A stretch of 64,000 nt of DNA from Octopus sinensis (taxonomy: Eukaryota), in contig NC_042998.1 in assembly GCF_006345805.1 (NCBI RefSeq), positions 123,070,001 to 123,134,000 on the forward strand. The letters run 5' to 3'. Below, piece after piece: positions 38,822-52,299 of this stretch. The notes under the pieces are model-generated. The model worked only from the letters and a program-made list of their open reading frames with translations, was not told where the DNA came from and did not search any database. The translations under genes and the position numbers were made by a program. Each line of letters starts with the position of its first letter. The stretch's first letter is position 1.

Positions 38822-40294
38822 TATAATCATATTTAACATGCTCGTGTACATTCAGAGCAGGAAAGATATACTCAGAAGAAAATATGTAAATATCTTAACG
38901 TGATCATAAGATGTGGATTTTTTACAAATCATTGCGCACATCAGCAAATGTACCATTTGTCGTTTTTAAGATAAGAGCAGCCTCTTCTCAGTGGCCACGA
39001 AGTACGACTCGGTATTTGTAGCTGATTCAGAGATGCATGAGTTCTACTGTCCGGTGACGGAAGCATATTCTCTTTGATGACTCGATAACTTGCAGCGTAG
39101 CTACAACAGCTGAAGTGAAAAGCCTCACAGGTCTGTGAAATTGAACTGAACGCACCCCGATTATTAAGTTTACTATCATTTTTTTCGCAAGCCCTAAAAA
39201 TGGACTTAGACTCGATCATCAGTAGTCCTTACTACACATATTGATAACACTTAGTTAAAGGTCGAATAAAAGATGTTGGTGCCTGTAATATACTAACTTT
39301 CTCTTATACATCATTATGTAATATTTTACTCATATATTTTGAAATAAGTTAAAACTTTTGATCAGTTATTTTACAGTAGTTTAAGTAATTATCAAAGTTT
39401 GCTGTACATCCAATCTCTGCAACTGAGATGCCCGGGAAAAGAAGAAACATCAAATGAGAAACGCAGGTGTTGAGAAATATCCACTTTTGTTACTTCATAT
39501 GAAACGTGGCCAACTGTATGTTGTCAAATGATATGAGACATTTTGCAATACAAAGATTCTTTCAATAACAATAGCAAACAATTCAAAGATGAGTGGTTGT
39601 CAAGTAGAAACAAAATGTTTAAAAGTTATTATTCGAATGCAAAATACCCAGAAAACATAGTAAATAAAAGAAACGCCGTAATATTAATAAAATGGAAAAT
39701 ACGGTTCTTCTCAAGATTTCATGTACGCCTATACATCATAGCTTTCTGAGTTAACTATAGCATTGTTGAACTTTAAAAACAAACCTCTACATATATAGCA
39801 GTCACGTTTTCTGTTTACGGGTGTAAGGGCATGCAAACCTTCATATACACTCAATTCAGCGTTACACTCGACGCTTCATTTGGTGTTTCTATAGCTTTAT
39901 ACCCAGCATCGAAAGCATTTGTGGAAATCATATTACTTCAAAATAAATTTTCGCAAAAAGAAAAACAAAACAAAACAAATAAAACCTACGAAAAATATCT
40001 CCATAAAAAAAAATGAAATATTGTTTTCAGATAGCGGTATAGACACAGACGTATAGCATTTAAATTTGTAAAAAAATCTTTAAAAAATTAGACATAATCC
40101 ATAGTCACTAGAGTGTCTATAATTACTCTGATATATATTGTAATTAGGAGACTTAAACTAGAGTAATTATTAAAAATATCTTGGAGAAGTAGAGACAAAT
40201 GAAAGGTATATGCTTTCAGTGAAATTGTAGTATATACTTCATTCGTATTCGTCCCTTGTATATATGTATAACACACACACACACACACATACAC

Positions 40295-41516
40295 ATAAAA
40301 GGGACAAAAGAAAAATTAATAGTCTAAGACACTCTCATGGCATGTGACCATTTCAGTATAGTCCCCCTTGCGGTCCATACACTTTGTGCTCTACACATTT
40401 CTGTCAGTGTTGCAATGCTTGGATCCCAATTGTAAAAACGCTTCCATCCAGTTGGTCAAGAACATCATCAACAGCAGACGTGACGTCATCATCACTGCAA
40501 AACGGTTGGGGGACAGACGATGGACAGATAGGGTCAAATCAGGAGGAAAGGAAGGGTAAACAACCGGTTCAGAGTCACAGTCACACACAGCAGCTATTGA
40601 AACCAAAATCTTGTGTGTTGGAACATTGTCCTGATTAAAGAACACCTCATTTTTCGGTTTTCCTGAGTTTTTTGCCTTGATAGCCTTTCGTATCTGCCTC
40701 CGCAAGTTGGCATAGTCCTCTCCGTTGTTGTGTTACCTTTTTGAAGCAAATGAATGAACACACTGTTTACGGGATCCCAAAACCTGACACCAGATGAAAC
40801 TACAGATAAAAATGCCTTGACTTTCTTTGGTCAAGGCTTTCTACTAAATGGATCGTCTCTTTGTTTCTGACTCAAAGTGACAACGCCAACACTCATCCTG
40901 AGTTAGGGAACACTCAAGGAGACCAGCTGGATTTGCTTCAAAAAGTGTCAGGTTTTCGCACAATATGATCAGCCTGGTGTGCACTTCATCAGATATCAGA
41001 TGACATGGCACCTACCAAGCAGAAACCATCGTCATGCCAGCATTACTGTGTAGAATATTCTCAACTCACTCACTGGATATGCTAATGGCACTGGCTATTT
41101 GATTTGTACTCAATCGCTTGTTATCCATCGCCATGTGGTGAGCACGATCAATGTTTACCTCGATAGTGGCATTTTCAGGAATCCAGACCTTGGATCGTCT
41201 CCAAGGTTCTCCCTCCTCCTCGAAAATTCAGTTGTCAAATTTTGTGTTGTCTATACAGCTGGGTTGTCACATTCCAATGTAGCAACCATGTCCGCATGAA
41301 TGCTCATGGGGACTAAATTTTCTTTTCGCTGTTACTTGATAATAACACCACGATGCCAAATTACATTTGAAATCGTCTTTCAACAGTCAAATGTCGGTTT
41401 ACATGTGTAGAAAGAACGCAGTTATTAAAGAGAATTGGAATTAATGCATGTAAGATTTCACGGTTCCAGCATCATTCCAACAAGTCAGCCAACAAAATAT
41501 TCAGCACGCAATCGTA
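40295..41516 (-). mobile_element. Decayed mariner transposon (second family)
   Basis: IWHRGVI, IHADMVATL, LGDDPRSG, RKAIKAK..FFNQDNVPTHK..PPDL; 5' TIR tacgattgcgtgctgaa. Confidence 0.85.
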
Positions 41517-41562
41517 TACACACACATATATGCACACACTCACACACACATATATGCACACA

Positions 41563-41617
<55 letters not shown>

Positions 41618-41699
41618 TATACATACACACATACATATATGCATATGCATACACACACATATATTGTACAAACTTACAGAAAAAAACCCCAGTAAAACA

Positions 41700-41826
41700 G
41701 AATACGAAGATATGTGTAGGAAAACAAGCAGGTGCATTAGTTTAACGCCCAGAAAAAATATTTCTTTATGTTTCGAACCTACGCTATTCCACAGAAAGGA
41801 ACACAGAAACAAGGAGAGAAAATAAA

Positions 41827-41830
<4 letters not shown>
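41700..41830 (-). mobile_element. Short PLE-type module with minimal hammerhead-like motif
   Basis: cttt CTGTGGA a tagcgtaggttc GAAAC ATA aag. Confidence 0.7.
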
Positions 41831-41866
<36 letters not shown>

Positions 41867-42011
41867 TAATATATATATATATATATGTATATATGTATAT
41901 GTATACATATATATATATATAATATATATATAATAATAAATATTAGGGAATGAATCCAAATTACAGGGAAAAATCAGATTTAGGGTTAAATCCAATTTTA
42001 TAGTAAAATAT

Positions 42012-42164
42012 TATATAATATAATTCGAGACAAAACCACTATTTTAAAACCAAACAAGGAAAGACTTAATCAATACATAAAATTTTATTATAATTTATAT
42101 TAAAATTTTATGTATTGATTAAGTCTTTCTTGTTTGGTTTTAAAATAGTGGTTTTGTCTCGAAT

Positions 42165-42175
<11 letters not shown>
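42012..42175. repeat. Near-perfect palindrome, ~76-bp arms, 13-nt spacer
   Basis: 42012-42087 versus 42101-42175 are reverse complements with a single 1-nt indel. Confidence 0.95.
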
Positions 42176-42234
<59 letters not shown>

Positions 42235-42491
42235 GCAATTAAGGACAACTACTTAATAAGGAAAACTTAACAAGAAATTGTCAGGTAGATACCGTAAAAA
42301 CCTCATAAGAGAAAAAATTTCGAAAATAATTATTTCTTATTGAACATATTAATTTATATATAGAGGGCATTATACATACATGCCAGAAGGCATTATACAT
42401 ACATGCTAAACGCTAAGAGGGACAATTAGTCATTTCTACCAAAAATATTACTAATCCCACCGAATGCAATTTTTCAAAGTAAGACATTTAT

Positions 42492-42533
<42 letters not shown>

Positions 42534-42540
42534 ATATGTA

Positions 42541-42834
42541 ATGGCCTAGTGGTTAGGGCAGCGAACTCGCAGTCGCAGGATTGCAGTTTCGATTCGCAGA
42601 CCGGGCTTTGTGAGTGTTTATTGAGCGAAAACACATAAAGCTCCACGAAACTCCGGCAGGTGGCGGTGGTGATCCCTGCTGTACTCTTTCGCCACAACTT
42701 TCTCTCACTCTTTCTTCTGTTGGCCTGCACGCTTTCGCTTAGCTATCGGGGTGGCGTCATTTGAAGGCTAAAACAATGCGAAGCGAATTGTGACCAGCGA
42801 TGTGTAGCAACATCTGATAGCCTGGTCGGTCACG

Positions 42835-42838
<4 letters not shown>
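42541..42838 (+). mobile_element. tRNA-derived SINE (third family)
   Basis: A box tggcctagtgg and B box gtttcgattc, then a non-tRNA body ending in (TA)n. Confidence 0.75.
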
Positions 42839-42899
<61 letters not shown>

Positions 42900-42949
42900 A
42901 GAAGTTTAAAAAGGGACACACGAGTTGATATGTATAAGCAAAATAAGAC

Positions 42950-43482
42950 AAGGTAGAACAATGTTAAAATAATTTTATCAGGACATTTTAGTACCGGTTA
43001 CAGACTTAGCGACTTCTTCAATTCAGAATAAAGCATGAATAAAAATTAAATTGTGGAAAAGTTAAATGAAATGTTTTTTTGAATATTTCCATAGTTTTCA
43101 AGCGCAAATGAATTTTCCTTTCTTCTGTCTGTCTCGCTTTTTTACTCACTTAAGATCTTGATAACAGGCAGCAGGTAGTAGTAGTCCTAATATTTGATAT
43201 GAGTTCTTGGTTTCAATTGTTTAAGCAGTAGTAATAGCTGGGAAAGAAGGCGACAAAGACTAGTTTTGGCTTGGCCTATGTATTGCTCTTGATACCCAGG
43301 GCAAGTTAATACCTATATTAAGTTCTTCGAAGCACATGTGAAGTTGTTTTCACTGAAACACGTTGACCCTGTTTGAAAGAGAATTCCGATCCCTCAGTTA
43401 GGTTGATGCATATACCACAGTAAGATCTTCATTTTTTTTACTGGCGGCTTCAGTGTTAGGAGCCTTTTCATAGATTTGGGCT
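42950..43482 (-). mobile_element. Penelope-like element GIY-YIG endonuclease and 3' end
   Basis: Minus frames give CGICINL and SKNLI*VLTCPGYQEQYIGQ. A decayed HHR (TTGAAGA..GTAAC cg GTA) lies at 42989-43024. Confidence 0.8.
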
Positions 43483-43654
43483 GTCCTGCATGCGAGACCC
43501 ACCATTTCAGTAACCTTTTAGATACCCTGCTATTATAGGTCTTAATTTGAGGTCATTAGGAGTAGGGACCGTGAATATCATGTCTGTGGCTATGCTGCAT
43601 GTGTTACTTACTTTATCACTTGTGTGTATCGTTGGACAGCACACACACACACAT

Positions 43655-43719
<65 letters not shown>

Positions 43720-43720
43720 G

Positions 43721-44550
43721 TATTCTAAGATACACAAAAGTGAGAAAATAAGTAACGCATGCAGCATAGCCACAGACATAATAATCACGGTCCCTACTCC
43801 TAATGACCTCAAATTAAGACCTATAATAGCAGGTCCTGCATGCGAGACCCACCGCCTCGGTAACTTTTTAGATACTCTCTTAAAACCATTCCTCAAGCAT
43901 ATCAAAAGCTACATAAGGGACGACCTCGACATGCTCTATTACCACCCTAAAACAAGAAACAAAAACACCCTACTAGTATCCTTCGATGTAGTCAATCTCT
44001 ATTCCAATATCCCCCACAGAGGCAATTCAATTCTGGCTAGAGAAATTACACCAGTGAACTTCCACATCGCATCAAATGAGAATTCGTAATAGAAGGGCTA
44101 AAATTCATATTGGAGAATAACTACTTTGTCTCCAAGGATAACATCTATCGACAAAAATCGGGGTTTGCGATGGGTATCAGAGTGGCTTCCTCCTTTGCTA
44201 ACCTAGTCACGGGATATCTAGAAATCAGTCTTTATCGTAAGGTTCTAGAAATATACAGCAACCTATTTCCCCACTACATCGACAATAACTGGAAGGGATA
44301 CCTGAAGGACTGTTTCATTCTTTGGCATGTAAGTAGTGAGACTTGACGTAAACATTCAATTTACAGTGGAATATAGCCAACAACAACTTACCCTTCCTCG
44401 ACATCCTCATTAAGAAATCTATCAACGAAATAGAAACAGATATATACTATAAGCCTACTGACTCTAAGCAATACCTACAGCTCGACTCATGCCGCCCCAG
44501 ATACACCAGAATGAATATCCCTTTCAACCTAGCAAAACGGATTTGTACTA
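43721..44550 (+). mobile_element. Penelope-like element reverse transcriptase and thumb remnant
   Basis: KIHKS, LKLRPIIAGP, SFDVVNLYSNIPH, YRQKSGFAMG, Y..DCFILW, ETDIYYKPTDSKQYL, IPFNLAKRIC. Confidence 0.9.
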
Positions 44551-44849
44551 TATATTGGTCGTCCCTTATGTATATAAGCGACGACCTATATATATATATA
44601 TAAAGCTAAATAAGCAATAATAATAATAATAATACTTAGAGGTATTACTTCCACTGCTACGACCATGACCACTAACAACAACAACAATACTAAAGGTGAT
44701 CAAGACGAAGATAGCAGGAAAATATCTTATTTAGGGTTAAAAGTTCTATTGCCACCACCATCACCACTAGCAACAATAATTAAGGTACTGACAATGATGA
44801 TGATGACAATTGAAATATAAAAATATAAAAATCTCTGACAAGGATATTT

Positions 44850-45250
44850 ACAACATTTCTAAAAATAACCCAACAATTGCTGCTTCGGCCAGGGTCAAGA
44901 TACAGGACTCTTGACATGTCAACAAGCGTGATGCCTAAACCAATCAGCTCAACCAACCAATCAGCTTAAGTAATTGAGTGATACTACACACTGATTGGTC
45001 AGAATACAGTTTGCAAAACCTAGCACTCTGGAGCCTACCCAGCTGTATTTATAGCACAGAATCAATCATCTTGCTACAGTCAAAAATTGTGAAGCATGAC
45101 TGTCAACACTACTACATGAACCCGAAGATTGCAGAATTCAATGCATGAAAGTACTAGTTCAATCAGAATGAATATTTAACATTCTACTATTTCATTTTAT
45201 TTTATTCATTATAATATATTATCTTATAATATATCATTATAAGATTGTAA
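44850..45250 (+). mobile_element. Probable PLE pseudo-LTR with CCAAT boxes and hammerhead, related to 31020-31780
   Basis: ccaatcagct twice and tgattggtcagaat; by-eye alignment of 45010-45080 with 31476-31538; HHR motif at 45117-45161. Confidence 0.5.
45117..45161 (+). ncRNA. Minimal type I hammerhead motif with U4C substitution
   Basis: tgaac CCGAAGA ttgca gaattcaa tgcat GAAA gtac TA gttca; perfect 5-bp stem I and palindromic AGTACT stem III. Confidence 0.6.
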
Positions 45251-46589
45251 ATAAAACGTGAAAATCAGACAAGGTTGGAATTCTTTTTATTAATATATAT
45301 ATATATATATGTATAAATCAAAATAAGCAACAAGATATCAATTAATGATGCAGTAATATCGTTCAAGAGGCTCCATTTAATTGAACAATGCAATCATTAC
45401 ATCAATTTAAATGCAGTACCATCGTCTGCTGCACAAATAAATAAATATAACTTTAATCAGTCGGACACATTATTACAAGTTTTCTCAAATACTTTAACAG
45501 AGCAAGAAGATGGAAGAAATTCATGTTGTCCCCATTATAGCTAAGAATAGACTGCACTTCCAAGAATCGCATGAAGCTCATTGGGGTTATAGCTTGTAAA
45601 TGATTGTAATTAATTTCTAATTCATTTATCTCTTTATCAACCACTAAATCTAAGACTAGAAGACTGGGTCTCTTTTGAATAAAGGGTAAGGGTGAGTTGA
45701 CTGCTCATGGCTAGGTATGGTCATAAATATCATCATATCTACCCCTTTTCCTCAGGGAGGAAAGTAGACATTAGGAGTAGTTGATTAGATATAAAGTAAC
45801 TATCTATAAAGAGGGGCTGAGTAGGGGAAGACTTTAAATAATGATGTTAATTACCAGTTAAACGGGCAAGACGCTAAGGAATCTAGGAATTTAATACAGA
45901 GGAATTGTTTATCTTGAGGCATTATGGGTGATTGTTTATAAACAATATTGTTATGTTGCATGAACATAAATTTAAGATTCTCAAAATGATATCATAACCA
46001 AAATAGGTAAAATGTGTATACATATCAATTATAAACATTAAAAAGGAAAGATTACATAGAATTATTTTAATATTCAGTCGTGTACTAAATAACTTGGAAA
46101 GATAAACATGCTATCTATATATTAATTTTAAGCCACGAATCAGAAAAGATGAAGATGTGTACAGATCCACACACACACATACACAAATATTTATAAGTTT
46201 ATATGGATATAGAATAACCATCTCGCATAGATTTAAGTAACTGAAACATATCTATTTAAGAAGATTAACAATTCATAAGGGATAAGAGGGTAATACGTAA
46301 GGGTATCAAAATAAGAAAACAAAATAAGACTTTATAGAAGATAATAAGAAATACATATAACCTACATTTACAGAGACAGGGAACTAAACTTTGAGGTGGG
46401 GAAGAGATAAAGGTAACCTGAAAAGTGGAGGTAGTAGGTATGGATGTAGTGAGGGCAGTTAAAGGCATTCAGACCGAAGATAATTTTAAAGTTGTAATGT
46501 TACACGTGCTATTGTATATATGATTTTATAGTTTCTAGGGATCATATAATTTAGTCGAGAGAAGACTTACATTCCTGGTGGGAAACTAT

Positions 46590-47551
46590 CAAAGTGCACT
46601 AAACAAGCTATTGAAGTCTTGAAGAAGCGAATGAACTGAAATCCTCGCAGGTGTGCAAGAAAAATGCTGCGGATATTCGAAATCCTCAATACACAGGTTT
46701 CACAAAGAAGATTTAAAGCTAACTGCACACAAAAAACTATTCCAGCAGTTAATTTCAGTAGCTTCCAAGAAGAAACAGCTCGACAGGGGTAAAACCATGT
46801 TAGAAAAGAATGAAGCTAAAAAAGTGTTGGCCTGGTCTGACGGGAAGATTTTCACTGTGAAAGCAGTTACCAACAGGCAGAATGACGGGATTTATGCACG
46901 TAATGCAGGAGACTTCTCCAAAAGTAGCAGGCGTCATTTACGCCATCAAAAGTCATCTTCACTCATGGTGTGGGCCGCAGTTGCATTTGATAGCTCTAAG
47001 TCTCTCTTGATCTTCATCGAGGCTGGCGTTAAGGTCAACGGTGAAGTTTATGTGGAAATGTTGGATGAGAAAGTGTTACCCTCGGGAAAAAAAACATTTG
47101 GTGACCGTTACATCTTCACTCAAGACTGGGTTCCGGATCACACATCCAGATTGACAAAGAAGTCGTGCCAAGAGCATTTCAGCGGTTTTGGGGACAAGAA
47201 GATATGGCCTCCCATAACTCCAGACATCAGTCCCATGGACTTTCCTATCTGGTCTATCTTAGAGAGTAACGTTTCTGCTAGCCCCTATTCAAATGTGTCA
47301 GATCTGAAGAAAGCCCTTCTGTCTTCATGGGTCAAGTTGAATCAAGAGGCGGTAGGGCGCTCATGAAACTCAAGTGACCACTCATTTGCAGGCTATGATC
47401 AAGATGTAAGGTGGTCATTTTGAAATGTAATTACTGCAATGGATTGACAATTTACATTAGATCGCATGTGCCAAATTTCATTATCCTACTTTAAATATAT
47501 TTTGCATAATGAGGAAATATCCACGGGTAAATGTTTTTGGGACACCCTGTA
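46590..47551 (+). mobile_element. maT/DD37D-type Tc1-mariner transposon, 5'-truncated
   Basis: ORF 46653..47366 with WSDGKIF, LMVWAAV, FTQD and, 37 residues later, SPMDF. 3' TIR tttttgggacaccctgTA. Confidence 0.88.
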
Positions 47552-47868
47552 CGGGTACCGAACCTCTTATCTGGAAACTAGAAATCCGAAATTATCCGGC
47601 TATTTTTGAAACTAGCTAGCTTTGAATTTCGCTGTTGTAGTTTGCCGCGCGGTCGCTTTCTTTTAGTTTCAATGTCGTATGTGTCATACCAAGCCAGTTC
47701 CCGTGTAACTACTTTAGAAATGTATTAATTTGTACATGTTATACAATTTTATTCTTTACTTTTCGTTTTTTATTTCATATTTTCAGTATATATTTAGCCT
47801 GTGTCCCAAAAGTCCAGAAACCTGGACCACTTCCGGTCCCAAGATTGCCGGATAAGAGGTTTGGTACC
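47552..47868. mobile_element. ~317-bp MITE with TA flanks (pogo/Tigger-like TIRs)
   Basis: ggtaccgaacctcttatctggaa at the left end versus the reverse complement ggtaccaaacctcttatccggcaa at the right end. Confidence 0.75.
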
Positions 47869-47889
47869 TATATATATATACATATATAT

Positions 47890-47972
<83 letters not shown>

Positions 47973-47979
47973 ATATATA

Positions 47980-48018
<39 letters not shown>

Positions 48019-48088
48019 AATATAAGAGAGTGGTCACTATATGGCTCACTCTAGCACCAGTTAATCCAAAATGTTTCAACCACAAAAA

Positions 48089-48142
<54 letters not shown>

Positions 48143-48269
48143 GTATATATATATATATGTATATATGTCTGTATATATGTATATATGAATGTGATCGAGG
48201 AAGACTATTATTAACCAATTAAGAATTTTGTGCACTCAGACAAATTCATATATTCTACATTCGTGATTA

Positions 48270-49100
48270 ATGAGCCCAGCTTTTCGTAAACATACACGTC
48301 CGCAGTTATTGCAGACGAAGCTTCGTCCATTCACTATTCTGGTGGTATGTTTTAAATCAGCTGACTTAGATTCTGCATGAAAATTTCGTGTTCTTTTTAA
48401 AAATACTCACGTTTTGCTTTATTTGTTTCCTCCTTGGGGTCAATGCAAACAGAGCATTCCAACCTGACACCCCATATTTCATATGCCTTCAACAAAGCCT
48501 TTCCGCAATGCTTAAATCGTAGTTTTGATTGCCGATGGGGTACCTTTCCAGTAGCAAGTTCACTATATAGCTTTTGCGTGTGCTGCCGATGAAGACAAAA
48601 TTGTATCCCAGTTTCATCACTGTTTCTTCAACTAAGGTAGATGGCTTCACCTATCGATTTCCTGGTGCTGGCTGTTATATTCTTATCCAGGCTAATGTTG
48701 AGTCCAAATGTCTTTGGAAATGTAGAAATATGACCAATGAGAATTTGCACGTATCTTTAACTTTATGAGTAACTAAGTCACAATCATCCTTATAAAGGAG
48801 TCCACGGATAAGAAACTGAAAAACTTTTCAATTGGGAGCAAGTCAACGCAAGTGGAAGAGACGGCTAGAAGATCAGTACCTCGCATATATCTCGGAAGAG
48901 CAATACACTGGGAAGGCATAAGTGAAAATAACAGCAAAATACAAGGACAAGTGAGTTGGTGTAAGGATGTCACTTTGATGACAGCATGCTCTACAAGAAT
49001 AAATCCCGACATGCCACCAGCATCGTTGACCCATGCTTCTACTCCATTATGAAATAAATTAGTATCTCAGATAACCAAGTCATACAGGGGTCCGGCACCT
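48270..49100 (-). mobile_element. Old RTE (BovB-like) LINE 3' remnant
   Basis: LFHLR, KLYSELATGKVPHRQSKLRFK and terminal C2H2-like CNNCGRVCLRKAGLINHEC in broken frames. Confidence 0.65.
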
Positions 49101-49511
49101 GCACGCGTATGTGTCTGCGAAGATGTGCAAAGAAGAGTAAACAAATAAGGCAAAGAATCGGATTTACGCTGTAAAGTTAAAAGAGCGTAGTAAACACAAT
49201 TGTTTATTATGGAAATTATGTTTCTGATAGTTCAGCGTAATTGAGTTATTGTAATCCGATTCATTTATTAATCCAACGCCACCCTCTTATGATTTATATT
49301 TTTCATATTTGAATAATGTTTTTATAAATTTTTGGCGCATGTAAAAAATGTCCGTCTTCCACTTGTTTACACAATCTATATCTATATATAAAAATAATTG
49401 TGTTTCAGCCATGACCACAAACACGCACACACATACATTCTGTCTCCGTTACTCAAGTTTCCACCTTTCCCTCTCTTCCCCTTTCTTTCTTTATTTTTTC
49501 TTTATTTCTGC

Positions 49512-49542
<31 letters not shown>

Positions 49543-49612
49543 TCACACTTTTTTTTAGTTTTTATATTTTGTTTCCATAATGACCCACCCAAGATACAAT
49601 ACGCACACACAC

Positions 49613-49656
<44 letters not shown>

Positions 49657-49717
49657 ATGTATTCATATACACATATGTGTGTTGTTTGTGTGTATATATA
49701 CATACATGCATTTATGC

Positions 49718-49838
49718 ATAGCCTGCTTACCAACCACATGGTCCTGGGTTCAGTGGGCAAGTGTCTTCTACTATAGCTTCGGGCCGACCGAAGCCTTGTG
49801 AGTGGATCTGTTAGACGAAAACTGGAAGAAGCCCGTCG

Positions 49839-49894
<56 letters not shown>

Positions 49895-50124
49895 TATGTG
49901 TGTGTGTGTGTGTGTTTATATGTTTGTGTGTCTGCGTTTGTCCCTCCAACATCGCTTGACAACAGATGCTGGTGTGTTTACTTCTCCGTAACTTACCGGT
50001 TCTGTAAAAGAGACCGATAGAATAAGTACTAGGCTTACAAAGAATAAGCTCTGGTGTCCATTTGCCCGACTAAAGGCGGTGTTCCAGCATGGCCGCATTC
50101 ATATGACTGAAACAAGTAAAAGAG
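49718..50124 (+). mobile_element. Octopus-type CORE SINE (same family as 31938-32367)
   Basis: cttaccaaccacatgg...gggcaagtgtcttctactatagc...gactgaaacaagtaaaagagta. Confidence 0.9.
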
Positions 50125-51604
50125 TATATATATATATATATATATGTACATACATTTTTACACGCATATGTATATATAAAAATACAGTCGTACATACGCG
50201 CATCAGCGCACACGGATGGCTATTGTGTGTGTGTCTGAGCATCCACCACTCTGGCCTTACTCTTACTCCAGTTTTCTTGCCTTTACTTTCTCTCTAACTG
50301 TTTATTTATCTCCACCTACGCTGCTATATGTTTATATCTGTATCTACACGCATACACATTACTTTCAATAGATTTAGTTCTTCCTGATTCGCTTATGCAC
50401 TTCATTTTCTCCAATAAAATTAGTTATTTTATTCTCATTTATTATAATTATTATTCATTCTATTTGTTGTTCTTAACCTTTCATATTTATTTTCCTTTAC
50501 TATTGGCAGTGTATAGCTTTCATACTTCAACATATTTATTATAAATCGCAGTTTTCATATTTTTACTTAACTATATACTAGAAAGCCTAGAATTTTCTCA
50601 TTCTTTTCAAGATAGCTTCCAGATAATTGATTTATTTTAAACAGTCTTTTCATTTCATTTCCAATTCTAACCTTTTACTTTCAGTCATGTATTCGTAATT
50701 CATTTGGAACAATTATTTTTTAGTCATTGTTTTAATTTCTACAAAAGTATTTCTACAGGCTTTACTTCGCTTTAAATTATTCACGCAAATCGTTTTTGTT
50801 TTTAACTTTCCCTATGTATTTAATTTCAGCTCATAGAAGTAACCTGTCCTCTTTAAATTATTGCGTATAATTCTATTACCCCATCCTTCCAACAGCACTT
50901 GCTTACTGACAATATCATATTAATGTCGGTATTTACAATCTCCTCCATCAATTCCATATTATCATTTGCAAATGCATTTCAACGGAATCGAATTCTATGT
51001 GAAAATTTCTTGATAACTTGCGATGCTCTGAACGCATGTATTATATGTTTCGGGCGATTCTTTCTCTCAAAAGAAATCTATAAGAAGCAGCTATTTCATC
51101 AAATATTTCGGATAATGACAAAATACGTTTTTATACGTTTTTATTATTTTCTTATTCTTAGATTAACAAAAGAAACAAAAATATTTCTTCTGAAGAGACT
51201 AATATAAAATATAAAATATATAATATGTGTTTCCCAAAATAGACACACGCAAAACTAAATAATAACTAGAAAAACTCAAATAGATATATTTCACGATAGT
51301 CACTGTAGAATATCGTAGTTGTTCAATTTCGGTTCATTCGATTTGTGCCATTGCTTATTTGCAACTCGACAGAAAAGCGAAGTAACGAAGTTATAAAAAA
51401 GTACAACACATTGGGAAACTGCCAAGTATGACAGATTATAATTATCTGTGTTTATACCCGACGATGTATATATGTATGTGTGCACTTTTATGTGCCTAGC
51501 GAATATATTTATATATACACACACAAACACGCACCCAGTCCCGTATATATATATGTAACATAAAAGTGTATGTCCTTATATCTTGTTCATTTATATATAT
51601 ATAT

Positions 51605-51656
<52 letters not shown>

Positions 51657-51660
<4 letters not shown>

Positions 51661-51806
51661 TTTCTCTCCTTGTTTCTTACTGTGTTCCTTTCTGTGGAAG
51701 AGCTTAGTCTCGAAAGGTTAAACACCTTTTCACTAGCGTTATACTAATACATCTGTTTGTTGTCTACACCACATGTCTTCGTCTTTTGTTTTTTTGTGAA
51801 ATCTCT

Positions 51807-51810
<4 letters not shown>
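51657..51810 (+). mobile_element. Short PLE-type module with minimal hammerhead-like motif
   Basis: cttt CTGTGGA a gagcttagtctc GAAAG GTT aaa, set between TA tracts. Confidence 0.7.
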
Positions 51811-51889
<79 letters not shown>

Positions 51890-52060
51890 AACATATACAT
51901 ATGCATACATACAAACACACGCGCACACACATACACACACATATATATGCATATATATCTACTTCATTATCTCCCCTTCTTCCGAGTTCTCCTATCCAAC
52001 TACCTTCTTCCAAAGAGTCGCCATGATCGATCGCTAAATCACAAGTTTTTTTCTTTTTTA

Positions 52061-52170
52061 TTCTCTCTGTTTAAATTCCTTGTGTTCCTTTCTTTTGAAG
52101 AGCGTAGGCTCGAAATGTGAAAGACTGTCTCACTTTCCCGGGCGTCAAACTAGTACATCTGCAAATTTCA
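52061..52170 (+). mobile_element. Short PLE-type module with minimal hammerhead-like motif
   Basis: cttt CTTTTGA a gagcgtaggctc GAAAT GTG aaag. Confidence 0.7.
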
Positions 52171-52207
52171 ACTATATATATATCTACATATATATATATA
52201 TATATAC

Positions 52208-52278
<71 letters not shown>

Positions 52279-52299
52279 CATACATACAAAGTATGGTGG

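Noticed and set aside
38940-39130. Possible FN3-like exon on the minus strand
   Set aside because: The best-looking frame has two stops and only vague similarity.
42541-42615. tRNA-like sequence with A and B boxes
   Set aside because: It continues into a SINE body with no complete cloverleaf, so it was called a SINE head. The same applies to the other SINE heads.
45046-45053. TATTTATA as the TATA box of the second module
   Set aside because: By-eye alignment to the 31.5-kb copy places it opposite the catccacc region rather than the TATA box, so it is probably incidental.
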